NCBI GenBank assembly: GCA_031763465.1
Contig: JARFOE010000242.1
Coordinates: 1-46,917 of the forward strand
Length of the DNA: 46,917 nt
Direction of reading: 5' to 3'
DNA from: Squatina squatina
Lineage: Eukaryota
Positions 9,938 through 21,879 of this stretch are shown here, piece by piece. Numbering within the stretch: the stretch's first letter is position 1; the number at the start of each line of letters is the position of its first letter. The position numbers were made by a program, and so were the translations under genes. The notes under the pieces are model-generated. The model was not told where the DNA came from and made no database searches. It saw only the letters and a list, made by a program, of their open reading frames with translations.

Positions 9938-12076
9938 CTGTTGTTGTTAGTCGCCAGCTTGCACTTGTTATTAAGCAAAGGAGGACAAAGTGGTTGATTA
10001 AGAGGGAGGATATAGAGTATGAGAGTAAACTTTCAAGAAACATAAAAACGGACTGCAAAAGCTTCCAGATGTCTATAAAAAATCGTGAAGAAAAATATAG
10101 ATTCTTACAGTTAAATGTGATAATTTGTTATGGAGAATAGGGAAATGGCAGGGCAATTAAATATATACTTTGGTTCTGTCTTCAAGGAAGAGGACACAAA
10201 TAAACTTCCAGAAATGTGAAATAAGCAAGGCTCTTCGGAGGAATTGAAGAAAATTATTATTAGTGAAAAAAAATAGTGCTGGAGAAATTGATGGGACTGA
10301 AAATAATAAATCCCCAACTCCTGATAATCTCCATCCTAGAGTATTAACAGATGATCTCATTTGGCTGTCATATTCCAAAATTCAACAATTCTGGAATAGT
10401 TCATGCAGATTGGAGGGTAGCAAATGTAACCCCACTCTTTAAAAAAAACGGAGAGAGAAAACCGTGAACAGGAAGTTAGCCTGAAATCAGTAGTAGGGAA
10501 AATGCGAGAGTCTCGTTTAAAAGATGTCATAACATGATGCATGGAGATTCGGCAACGGAATTTGATAAAATCAACATGGAATTAGGAAAGGGAAATCAAG
10601 TTTGACAAATTTACTGGAGTTTTTTTGAGAATGTAATTAATAGACTAGGTAATGGAGAAACAGTGGATGTTGTGTGGATTTTCAGAAGGCTTTCGATAAG
10701 GTCCCACACAAGAGGTTAATGTGCAATATTAGAGCACAATGGATTGTAGTTAAAATACTGGCGTGGATGGACAATTGACTAAGATAAGAAAGGAAAGACG
10801 GACCAGGAGAAAACGGGTCTTTTCCCGGGTGGCAGGAGGTGACGAGTGGGGTGCCGCAGGGATCAGTGCTTGGTCTTCAGCTATCCACAATATATTTCAA
10901 TGATTTGGATGAGGAAACAAAATACAAGATTTCCAAGTTTGCTGATGACATAAAACTAGGTGCGAATGTGAGTTGTGAGGAGGATGGAAAGAGCCTCAAG
11001 GCAATTTAGCCAAGTTTTGTGTGAGTGGGCAAAAGCAGGGCAGATGCAGTACAATGTGGATAAATGTGAAGTTATCCACTTCGGTAGGAAAAACAAAAAT
11101 GGTGATAGATTGGGAAAAGTTGATGTAGAACGGGTCCTGGGTGTCCTTGTACACCAGTCACGGAAAGCAAACACGCAGGTGCTGCAAAAGTTAGGAAAGC
11201 AAATTGTATCTTGGCCTTCATTGCAAGATGATTTGTGTACAGGAGCAAGGATGAATTACTGCAGTTGCTGAGACCACACCTGGAGTATTGTGTGTAGTTT
11301 TGTGCTCCTTGCCTAAGAAAAGATATACTTGCCGAAGAGGGAGAGCAGCAAAGGGTCACCAGACTGATTCCTGGGGTGGCAAGATTTTCACGTGCTGAGG
11401 AGAGATTGGGTGGACTAGGCCTGTATTCACTAGAGTTTAGAAGAATGAGAGGAGATTGCGTTGAACTGTATACAATTCTGACACAGCACGACAGACTCGA
11501 TGCAGCAGAATGTTTTGCATGGCTGGGGAGTCTGGAACCAGGGAAAACAGTCTCAGAATAAGGGGCAGGACATTTAGTACCGAGATTAGGAGGACTGACT
11601 TCACTCAGTAGGTAGGGAACCTGTGTAGGTCAAGTCATTGAATATATTCAAGAAGGAGATCGATCGATATATTTCTAGATACTAACAGCATCAATGTATA
11701 TGAGGAGAAAGCAGGAATATGGCGCTGAGGTAGAAGATCAGCCGTGATCATGTAGAATGGTGGAGCAGGCTGGAAGGGCCGATTGGCCTGCTCCTTCTCC
11801 TATTTTCTATGATTATATGTTTTTTTGACCAGCTCCGTTCCCCATTAACCTCGCAGTCATACTTACACCGGTAATCTCCTTGTCCAGATTTGCCTGAAGA
11901 TGTAATGCACAACAATGCACTGGTAGTGGAAACTGACCGTCCCTCCCCATATTTATACCATGGAAGACTGCCTCTCGGGTATCATTTGCCGACTTTGCAA
12001 GTAATCAGGATGGTCTCCTCAGTTAAATGCACACTTGTTCCTTCATCCAGGGCAATTTCAGGTTTCAGCGGAAGTT
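9938..12076 (-). pseudogene. C2-type Ig domain exon of an IgSF receptor pseudogene (first clear Ig exon of gene 1), split by a CR1 insertion (exon pieces 12076 to about 11823, and 9969 to 9938)
   Basis: Poly-T acceptor region 12093-12077. ELPLKPEIALDEGTSVHLTEETILITCKVGK*YPRGSLPWYKYGEGRSVSTTSALLCITSSGKSGQGDYRCKYDCEVNGERSWSK, resuming across the CR1 as TSASWRLTTT with G|GTGAGT at 9938. Cys-Cys spacing 44, WYK and GDYRC motifs, TGA at 11984-11982. Confidence 0.88.
9970..11820 (+). mobile_element. CR1-clade LINE (most of the RT domain to 3' tail) inserted in an Ig exon
   Basis: Motifs DFQKAFDKVPH, SGVPQGSVLG, SKFADD, GLYSLEFRRMRG; tail ttctatgattatatgtt. Confidence 0.95.
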
Positions 12077-12264
12077 CTACTCTAAAAAAAAAATCAATGT
12101 CTGTGAGCTTCAATATGTAGATACCAATAACACACGTGCCTTTCCAAATTATACATCGGAGAGGTGGCTGGGAACGTTGTTCCCGAGAACAGTTGCAGTG
12201 TTACATTTGCCTTCACTGGCATAGAATTCATTTGGCTTGGATTTGTTTTGCAGAACTATGCGAT

Positions 12265-12308
12265 GGATAGACGAGAGAGTGATACGGGGGAGAGGGACAG
12301 AAATAAAG

Positions 12309-12352
<44 letters not shown>

Positions 12353-12440
12353 TGAGAACGAGAGAGATAGAGAATCGCATACAGGCTGTGAGAGACAGGT
12401 CGACAGGGATACAATGATCGAGAGAGATAACATTCAGAGA
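12265..12440. repeat. (AG)n microsatellite and purine-rich tract
   Basis: Directly visible; near-perfect (AG)n around 12317-12348. Confidence 0.9.
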
Positions 12441-12994
12441 GAGGAGGCGAGATGTCGGATCCAAACGCACCAACCAAAGACGTGGAACTGAAGGTACGAC
12501 AGAAGGACAGGGCATCAGAGAGGAATTCAAAATAGGAGTAGAATTGTAACAGAGATAGATGAACTGCAAAATCATCATGGAGAAATTGCACAAGGGGAAA
12601 TCGGCTGAGATGGAATAAGCGAGATGAAAAGAGAGCGGGTATGGAAACGGGACAGGCAACTGGGATCAAAAGGAAATGCAATGGGGGCCTGACAGAGAGA
12701 AAGAGAGAGAATGAAACTGATAGAGGATTCACCGTTGACACCCTTCCTGGGCTCTCTGTGTCAATGATTGGCTGGCTTAGCTACCAATCTATCAGAGCGA
12801 GAAACACCACCCAAATGTATTTGGGAGCCAGGGGAAGCAGATTGCCCGTTTCGCTGAGAATTTGCGAGGATTTTTTTCAGAAAAGTAGAGCTGAGAATGT
12901 GGAACTCCCTGCCATGTCGTGTAATTGGAGCAAGTTACATTGCTGCCGCTAAGCCGAGGCAAGAAGTAGACACGAAGGAGAAGAACACAGAAAG

Positions 12995-14810
12995 AGGAAC
13001 ATAGATAATAGGAGCAGCGGTAGAATCTATAGAATGTTTGAAGATTACAACCAATGCAGCCACAATTTCCAAGACCACCTATTTTACCACCTTGGGCTGT
13101 GGATTATCAGGACCTGGCAATTCATCGTCTTTCAGTCCCATTTATTTCTCCAGCGAAATCTTGTAAGCTCAAAACTATTTTATTTCATTCCTCCTTCTCA
13201 CTGGGCCACTGCTGCCCGAGCTATTCTCGGATATTTTTGTGTCTTCGTCCGTGAAGGGAGAACCACAGTATTTCTTCCATTGCTCTGCCATTTCCTTCTT
13301 CCCTAATATCACTTCTTCCATTTCTGAATGTAATGGATCTACATTTCTAGTGTTTATTTGTTTTCTTTTTACATCCGTGTCGAAGCTTTTACAGTTCGTT
13401 TTTTATGTTTCATTTTTAGTTTACTCTCCTATTCTATTTCCCCCTCACTGAATCAATCTGATTGTGCTCCTTTGCTGAATTCTAAACAGCTCCCAATGCA
13501 CAGGTTTGCTGCTTTTTCTGGCAAATTTGTAGGACTCCGCTTTCTAACTAAGGCTATCCTTAATTTCCTTTGTTAGCCATGGTTGGACTCCTTTTCATGT
13601 TGTGTTTTTGCGCTGGAAAGGCATGTATAACTGTTGCAATTCATGGATTCGTTCCTTAAATGTTAGCCTTTGCCTATCCACTGTAATGCCTTTTAAACAT
13701 GTTCCCCAATCTTTCGTAGCCAACTGGCCCCTCAACCTTCAAAGTTTCCTTTGTTTAGATTTAGGATCTTATTTTCGGGTTGAACTACATCACCATCAAA
13801 TTTGATGAAGAATTCCATTATGCCATGGTCATTCTTCCCTAAATGCCCATGTAAAACAAGATTATTATTTAACGCCTTCTCATTTTACATTATCAAATCT
13901 AGGATAGCCTGTTCCCACGTTGGTTCCTCAATGTCCTGGCTCACAAACCTATCTCGTACACACTCCAAAAATATATCCTCCAGAGTATTATTGCTATTTG
14001 GATTTGGCCAGTCTATTTGTAGATTAAATCACAGTTGTAGCCTTTGTTACAGGCATCTCTAATTTCCTTTTAAATTCCATCCCCTACTTTACCGCTGCTG
14101 TTTGTAGGCAACTCCCACCAATGTTTTCTGCCACTTGTCATTTCTTATCTCCATGCTGACCGATTGTACATCTTTATTTTCTGAGCAATGTCCTTTCTCA
14201 TTATTGCGCTGATTTCATCCTTCATTAACGTCACCACCACATTTCCTTTTCCTGTCTGCCTGTCCTTCCTACACATCAAAAACCCTTTCCGTATTCAGTT
14301 TCCAGCCATGCTCACCCTGGAGCCATGTTACCATAATCACAATTAAATTTACCTGTTTACAGCAATCTCTGCTTTTAACTCGTCAAACTCATTGAGAATG
14401 CATCGTTCATTCAGATAAAGTGTATTCAGATTTTTCTTTTCAATATTTTTTTAAGCTGTGTACATATTTTCCACGAGCCCTTACTTCCTCTGGCTTTCAG
14501 ATTTGTTTCTACTTTTCTGCCTTTCATTTCTAGATTTGTTTCCTTGTCTTCTGACTCGCTGCTCATGTCCCCATCCCCGCTCCAGTCAAATTTACCCACC
14601 ATCCTCCACCCCAACATGAACGCTCTCAAACCCCACTACGAGGAGGTTAGTCCACCGTCCTGTTGAGATGCAATGTATCCAACTTGTACAGGTGGCATAT
14701 TCCCCAGAAGCAGAACCAATGGCTCTGTAAACTAAATCCCTCCATCCTGCATCATTCTCCAGCCACACATTCATCCGGTGTATTCCCCTATTTTGTACTG
14801 ACGAGCATGT
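12995..14810 (-). mobile_element. CR1-clade LINE fragment with the ORF1 3' end (SGNH-esterase-like) and the ORF2 endonuclease region
   Basis: ORF 14592-14774 (MNVWLE..TNLLV) resembles the CR1 ORF1 C-terminus. APE start remnant (DEL..I....TWLQG..GW.LN) near 14290-14410. Short tail at about 12995-13025. Confidence 0.8.
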
Positions 14811-15909
14811 TTAAGTGACAATGCTGATGTCGGCAGTGGTAGCCCAGGATAGGTATTAAGACCATTGAATTTCTCTTACATACAAATGACCGTGACTTAC
14901 GCATAAGCGATAACATTTCGAATAATGGGTTTCACATAAAATTTGGCAAGATTGTAAATAGGCAGCAGGTGATTAATAGACTTCACGAGGATAGTGTCAG
15001 AGTGGTGAAACGGCAGACATAGGCCAGATTCAATTTATTGCGGCCTGATGTACACTGAAGCAAGTGGAAGCAACACCCATACCCAGGGAGTATTACATAG
15101 ATCGCGGTATTTTCAGGGGGAAAAGAGCAAAGTGAACAGGGTTTACATACTCACAAATCATTGAAGGTCACAGGGCAAGCTGATAAATCAGCAAAAACTT
15201 GAATAGGATAATTGGCTTTGAAAAAAGAGGCATTGGTTAGAAGAACAATGAAGTTGACCTGAATAATTACAACTTAATGTTTAGGCCTCATTTGGAGCTT
15301 TGTGTTCAATTCTAAACACCAACATTTATGAAAGAGGTCAATACTTTGCGAGGCAGAGAGAAGCATTCCAGGATTATACTCAGAATTGGGGACTTCAATT
15401 GGAGAGGCTGGAATTGCTCTCCTTACAGTAGAACAGGCTGATGGGAGACCGAATGAAGGTCCCAGCAATCTGCGGTTTTGAAGGAGAAAGACGCAAAATA
15501 CCATTTCCTCTTGCAAGTGGGTGTATTCACAAGGGTCACAGATTTAAAATCATTGACAGCAGGCCGAGAGGAAAAATAAGGCGAAAATATTTGACACAGA
15601 GGGTTGTTAGGATCCCATTTCAAAGTGTGGAAGAATCTGATTCTCTGGGTACTATCAAAAATGGAATTCGACGTGTACTTTAAAGGCATTAATTTGCCTG
15701 GTTATGGGTAAACTATAAAGGGAGAGGACGAGCCGAATGGCCACCTTCTGCACTGCATGGTTCTCCTCATTCCAATGAAATGGAATCTGTCGAGTTCTCT
15801 GTTGGTAAATAAGTCCAACAGTCCATTGCAACAATAACGATGTGCCTTGGCCTTAGCGATAAAATATAAACAATGTTAAATGATGTTTAGATATACATAT
15901 GGTTCATTC

Positions 15910-16234
15910 AGTGACTCAGTGAAAGCATCAGTGAAAATCAAAGGACAGCAGGTTGGTGGAATTTGGGTGCGAACACTGAGCATCTTTACATATCGCCACA
16001 TGCGGCCATAACTCGAGACAGAATGACAATGCAGAACACGCTGCTCCATTATACAATGGAAGGAGGCAGTCACGGTGGGAATTGGGTATGTAAACATAGG
16101 AGTTTATAAGATAAATTCTGATCAAAAAGGCAGCTGCAGCATTGTGTTTGCTGAAGGACATTCGTTCCCATCAACTGTACAGACATTTATCTCAGTGACA
16201 TTCTCAGCTCCAGCAGACTGAATGAGGAAGTTCG

Positions 16235-16272
<38 letters not shown>

Positions 16273-16480
16273 GAGATCTGAACGCTGCCTGAATAATTCA
16301 CCAGAAACGTTTAGTTGTACAGACAGTACACACACGCTCACAAGCATCACAAAGTGAAAAAACAGAGATGCAATATGGAAAACAGAATTAAAATTAAGCA
16401 AGCAAAGGGGAAATGTTCAGTGCTGCAGAGAACAGTAACAACGGTTATGAGTCAAAACGGAAGTCAACGGTTACAACACG
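15910..16480. promoter_or_regulatory. Candidate intronic haematopoietic enhancer (PU.1/ETS plus E-boxes), copy 1 of 4
   Basis: GAGGAAGT 16224-16231, CGGAAGT 16458-16464, CACATG and CAGCTG E-boxes, mostly retained in the paralogous copies. Function is inferred. Confidence 0.4.
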
Positions 16481-17349
16481 AAGGAGCTTTAGTTCAAATA
16501 AAGGGGAACTTAGCTGCTAACAGAAATAAAAGTGTGTCTGAACCAATGTCACAAGGAAAAATATATATACACTGGGCGCTCTATGGCGTGTCAATACATT
16601 TCCTCTCATCTCTCATGCCAAGCCTCCTGAGTGGTAGACTCATAAAAGCTTAAGTAACAGAATCAAACCATTCGGCCCATCATGTCTGTGCCGGACGGAA
16701 GGGGATTTCCTTTGTGCACTGGACACATGCCTGTTCTGTTTAACAAATTACCAGGTGATGCAGAACCGACAGAATAACATTTAGTTCAAGTGAACATCTT
16801 TGTGATAACTCAGCGTGTTATATTGGGCATTATCAGACACAAACCGAAACTTTTTATTTAAATTCCTCTAATCTTTCCACTTTATTTGTGCAGGAGTGAA
16901 CTTCCCCTGGAGCACAGTTGTAGGTGTGACAATTTTCTGTTTTGCCCATCGGTAGTTCAAACATTTTCAATGTCTGTGCTCAGACATTGTGTGTCCGTGA
17001 ATAATCAGACTACAGGAGGTGTAAACATCGACCCTGAAAATGTCCTCAGTGGTTATTCACCAACTAACAGTTTACAACAGTGTCACAAGGTAACTGTCAG
17101 CAGCATGCAATCTCTGGTCTCTCTCCGTCCTAAATCGCTCAGCTCCCCAAAAACTAATATCAGTTACGTTCCCTCAACGTTAATCTCTGTAAATTAAAAA
17201 TAAAATTATCCTCTCAGAAAGCTTTCAGTTCTGAAGTGTTCCACACTAAACTAGGAGTTGCTTTCGTGCACTGGGCTCCCGGAGCTCGGATACTGCTTTC
17301 TCGCTCAGTTAGTTACACAGATTAAGGTGTAAAATTGTTACACACACAC

Positions 17350-17380
17350 CAAACAGCAGTAACAAGGTGACGGTATCCAT
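17350..17380 (-). pseudogene. 31-nt signal-peptide first coding exon of IgSF receptor gene 1
   Basis: gaacATGG strong Kozak; MDTVTLLLLF, then phase-1 G|GTGTGT. ATG and donor positions are conserved in the paralogue at 43631-43661. Same strand as, and upstream of, the phase-1 Ig exons. Confidence 0.7.
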
Positions 17381-17879
17381 GTTCCACTGTGAGCTAATTT
17401 GAGACACAACAGTTCTAAGGAGTGGCGACTGAGTCTCTTGCTCCGCCTCGCAGATGAGACAATGAGAGCGGAAAAACAGACTGGGAAGGTGTGACGAGAA
17501 AGTCCCGACCTTTAAAGCAACAGGAGTGAGTTTTTACAAGCTTGAAGGAAATATGGAATGAAAAGTTGGAATGTCCAATATGACAATCATTGAATAATGA
17601 TCAATTATCACTCGATGAAGGAGCTACATTGAACTATGTACCCCGAACAACATCCTCAATCATTTGTCCTTAGTTAGGACCTTAGCTCCCATCATGATCA
17701 GAACTTCCAGGGCTGGGCAGTAAACTTTTCCCACTTCAGACTCTCACTGTCAGCAGTGGACATTCAAAGTTTATGCACAGGACATCAAAATACAGCGAAA
17801 CAGCTATTCACACATAACCACAGAAGAGCGCCCACTTCTTTATCGATCAAAGTTTATCCATTTCGTCCTCCAAATTCTT

Positions 17880-18172
17880 TAAAGTCTTCGAATTCCCGCG
17901 TGTTGGATATCCTGGATTTTCTGTACTCCACCACTGGGGGCAGTACCTTCAGCAGGATCGGAGCTGAGCTCAGGAATTCACTCTCTCATCCTTTCTGCTT
18001 CTCTACTTCTCAGTCCTTCGTAAAGATGCTCCTTACAACCGAAAAATTTGGCAAATCATTTGAGGACCTGTCCTCACGGTTTTCTTTTATGCTCGTTCCT
18101 GTGAATGGGCTTGGAACCTTCCACTACTTTAGAACCTCTTAATAAAAGCTTGTTATTGCTATTGTTGTTGTT
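17880..18172 (+). mobile_element. L2-clade LINE 3' fragment
   Basis: ctccaccactgggggcagtaccttcagc..ggaattcactctct..(ttg)n tail; inverse homologue at 27862-28158. Confidence 0.7.
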
Positions 18173-18244
18173 GATCGGCAGGGAAGTTGGCAAAGAATTT
18201 TTCAGTGAATTACAACAGATCCCATTATGCAACAGACACTGTCC

Positions 18245-18445
18245 TGGTAGATCTCATACTGAGCAGGCAGTGGAAGCAGCCCACGGAAAGCTGAACATCT
18301 CACCCTTTCGCTGCGTCAAATACCACGTGCCCAAATTGTGGTAGAGTCTGTGGATCCGGTATAGGATTTTCAGTCATCTCAGTACCTACAATTCCGAAGT
18401 AGATGCAATTCATCGCCAATCTCGAGGGAGTGACTAAGAAGAAGT
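18245..18445 (+). mobile_element. RTE-clade LINE 3' end
   Basis: Encodes TCPNCGRVCGSGIG../SHLST (RTE C-terminal Cys/His motif) and ends gagggagtgactaagaagaag with a (GAA)n tail. Confidence 0.7.
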
Positions 18446-18589
18446 TACTGAACATATTGGAAGAAGAAATGTCAGACACAGCCTCCTTTTACCAAAACTC
18501 CCTTTATGTGTGATTATGAATTATGTTTCACACTCAGTGAAATTACTGAAACAATCCAGAGTTTATGGAACTTGATGCAATTGCCAGAG

Positions 18590-18860
18590 GATGTTACATA
18601 GATTGGCAGGGACGGACATATGTATGGATTTGTCCATCAGGATGAGATTTATTGGTCCAGAGCAATATACAGAAATAGGGAGAGGGGGGCCATGGATGGA
18701 TTTTGCAAATGGCTGAAATTGTTGCTCTCCGGAGATAACAGAGAGTGGGAGGAGTGGGGCTATTGAGGGATTTGCATACCTGGATGTGGTTCCAAAGGTA
18801 GGGAGGGGCGGGATTATGGAGGTATTTGAGCACAAGAATGAGAAGTCCATGAAGGAGGGC
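18590..18860 (-). repeat. About four degenerate tandem copies (60-70 bp) of an L2-derived segment
   Basis: Recurring tagggag(a/g)gg..atgga..gg(a/t)tttg near 18597, 18670, 18740 and 18797. Confidence 0.5.
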
Positions 18861-19499
18861 CCTCGATTTGTGAAATAATAAACATACTTCACTGTTGGAT
18901 GAAGCAGCATCTGCGATGAGCCGATGCTTGTGTGAGCTGATCAACTAACGCAGGAGATGCTTGAGAGCGTGTAGGTGGCACCATTCTTAATTAAATGTCG
19001 CGGTGTAGTCTGACTGGGATAAGAAACAGGTGTTTGATTGTGGGAAACTTGTAGCTTCTCGAGATCACAAGGAAGTGTTGGTGACCAGATGTCATTTGTT
19101 CAAGAAAATGGAAGTTAATTCGAAGCTGACTCGCGATATTAGGCAAATGTTGAAATTCTTCTGGGAACTAATTGAGTGGAATTTACCAGGAATTACTTTG
19201 GAAAAGAGTTAATTATAATTAGGTCTGCGCCCATGAAAATTATTTTCGAACAAACCATGGTATGATTCGCCTCTCTGTTCACAATGCCTTTCACTCGCCA
19301 TCACCCCTCTACATCTGCTGCAGTCTGTTTTACCAACTGTTGGTGCAACCCGAGAAATCGACTGTTGCGTCATCACGTGGAGCAGGTCAATGAGAAGCAA
19401 AGATTTGACAAAGATTTCCACCAGTGATTGGGGTAGCAACGGTCAGTTAGTTTAAGGTTTAGTCTCTGCGTAATATGAATTCGAAAGATTCCAGGTAAC

Positions 19500-19880
19500 A
19501 ATGCACCTGAGAGTCCTGGTTCACGGTTCACTGAAAGTTAACATGCACGCACAGCAAATAATGGGTGCACTGCCCTCTGAGAAGGGATTGTGGAGACTAG
19601 GCCTACGTACCTTATAAATTAGAACAATGAGCGGTGATATTATTGAAACAAATAACAAATTAAAGGACTGGACAAGGTCGACGCTGGGAGGATGTTTGCC
19701 CTGGCTAAGGCATCTGGAATTTGGGATCACTGTTTCAAAATATGGCAGCGGACATTTATGGAATGACATGAGGAGAAATCTCAACACGCCAAGGTTCTGG
19801 AATCTTTGAATTACTTACTCTGGACATAGTTCAGTGATTATTCAATCGTTGATTATATTCACGAGAGCGAGGACGATAAG
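19500..19880 (+). mobile_element. Degenerate CR1 3' fragment
   Basis: RLGL..L..RTMSGDIIET remnant. Confidence 0.7.
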
Positions 19881-19919
19881 TTTTTTGTTAATTAAGTTAA
19901 TCAAGATAGAAAAAGTAAA

Positions 19920-20320
19920 AAGGTACTTGCACTTATAGACGTTCTGAAGCTCTTTACAGTCAAGGAAATGCTTCTGCATTGTATCAACTGTGGTAATGTA
20001 GATAATGTGCCCGGTTAAATTGCACAGCAAGCACCCACATCCAGCAATGTGAAAATGGCCAGAAAATCCGGTTTTACTGAACTTGAACTAAGGCTAAACA
20101 TTGCCCAGCATATCTTAGATAACTCCCCTGCATTACTAGCAGTTGCTTCACTCTCTGTTCTCTATGGCGGTCGAATGTGATTTTTAGATTATTCATGCAC
20201 GTCGGCACTTGGTATGGAGTGAGTTCTGTACTGCGGGAGGTGGCAGCCATTCGGATGACAAGTTAAGTGGAGTTCCGCTTTGCCACCCCCCGGTGAACGG
20301 TACGCAATCCTTGAATACTT
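19920..20320. mobile_element. Deu-domain-type SINE remnants (19920-20137 minus, about 20200-20320 plus)
   Basis: ttgcacagcaagcacccaca..cagcaatgtga and gggaggtgg..ttcggatga..gttaa motifs, matched from memory to the shark Deu-domain SINE. Confidence 0.5.
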
Positions 20321-20904
20321 CAGATGTTCGACGAGATATATTTGCTCTCTTTCATTAAGGGACTAAGTGCTGTTTGTATAAAGGAGGTATTTACTGATCT
20401 CCGTCACAGTGCGATCACAGTGGGTTAAGTGGGGCAGTTGTTGAAATGGTTAAGTAGGTGGGGAGGCTTCAGTAATGGACAACATGTCGACATTTTGTTC
20501 CGAGTCTCAGTCAGAGGAGCTCAACGCGATCCCAGCATTATCGATATGGTTGGCAAAGGCATTGCCAGTGAATGAGATGCGATTCTGTGTAAAATAAAAT
20601 GGTTGACAAGGATCCATTAAAGAATCTAAATGGACAGTGGAGTGTAGGTTAAGATTATGCCTCGGTTGCACGATATATGGACGTATCAGCAACAGAGGGG
20701 AGGCGGTGTTGGTGTTGACCCGATTGAATGAGCACTTAAATTGCCTTTCGGGAGAACGCCGAGTGAAAGAGGGTTGCTGTGCAAAGATTCACGCCTATTC
20801 AAGCCCGCGACAGCAAGCGACTAACAAGTGAAGTGCTGTTTAATTGAGCGTGGGGAGTGATGAAAGGCGCTATACAAATATATATCCAAGACTTTTTCTT
20901 TAAC

Positions 20905-21860
20905 GTTGCCCGCAAATCCTCCCTGCTCTTATACACTAAGCCTCTGCTAATAATGGCAGTATCCCATGTGCCTTCTTGCCCATCTCATTTGCCTTTCCTG
21001 CCATCTTCAGCGATCTGCGGACATGCACTCCAAGATTATCTGCTCCTCTGCACAACTTAGTGTCCGAGCATTTATTGTGTCTTGGTTCTATGGCTGACCC
21101 TCCCCAAATGCATAACTCACAGTCTTCTGGATTGAACTCCATTTCCACGTTTCCAGCGAGCTGACTGGTCCATTGATGTTTTCCTGAATTTCACGGATTT
21201 CCTCTTCATTATGAAACGCACAGCCAAGTTTTGTTCAGCTACAAACTTTTTAATATATCCCCTACATTCGAGCCTAAATCATTTATATATGAAGAAATGT
21301 TAATATTAACAGACAGTTTGTCCTGAAAAGTGCGCAAACAGGGGGAGCTAATTGGTTCGAAAGCAGGAAAAGGAGAGCAGGGACAATGGGTTTGCAATCC
21401 ATTGGCAGGTTGTGACGAGTGATTACATTCATGGATCCGCATTTGTGTTTCAGCGTTTCACTATATTTATCAATGATGTATAGGAATGAAAAGGGAGCCA
21501 TCTATCGAATTTTGTTGATGCATGAATTTAGGCAGTAGGGTAAGTTGGGTCTTTGGGAGATAAAGTTGAAATGTAAAATCGGTCGATCACATCAGAGAGC
21601 AAAATTGATGGAGTTCAGCGATAGGGAGTATGGGGCCATCCACTGTGGTACCAAGAAATATAGCTTAAACTATTGCAAAAAGGGGGAGAAGTTGCAAGCA
21701 GTGGACGAGGAGAGAGACAGATGGCCATGTATAAAATCAGTAAAAACTAGTTACAAACAGTAATTCAAATTCTAATGAGACGTTAGCCACAATCTCAATG
21801 GGCTGAAAGACAAAGTGGAGGAGGTTATGTTTTGGTTCTACCAAACCTGGACTACAAAGT
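20905..21860. mobile_element. Two degenerate CR1 fragments (20905-21320 minus, 21360-21860 plus)
   Basis: ORF 20936-21148 MEFNPEDCE..LGVHVRRSLKMAG..KKAHGIL; plus-strand FTIFIND. Confidence 0.75.
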
Positions 21861-21879
21861 TTAACAAGAGTAAAAGCGA

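Larger units (their letters stand above)
14815..17840 (+). repeat. Duplicated module copy 1: old CR1 fragment (14815-15775), conserved element (about 15910-16620), and the region containing the leader exon and promoter
   Basis: Collinear with 41239-44125, e.g. gaacatctttgtga..atattgggcattatcagacacaa (about 16792 and 43040) and cagaagag..ccacttct (about 17821 and 44109). Confidence 0.9.

Noticed and set aside
11859-11870. ATACTTAC as a U1 snRNA start or a minus-strand donor
   Set aside because: No further U1 similarity; it lies inside the Ig coding motif YRCKY, which continues in frame.
16894-17089. Plus-strand exon-like segment (cag|..aag|gtaa) with a hydrophobic peptide, shared by copies 1 and 4
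   Set aside because: Early stop in both copies, acceptor not conserved in copy 4, and antisense to the leader and Ig exons.
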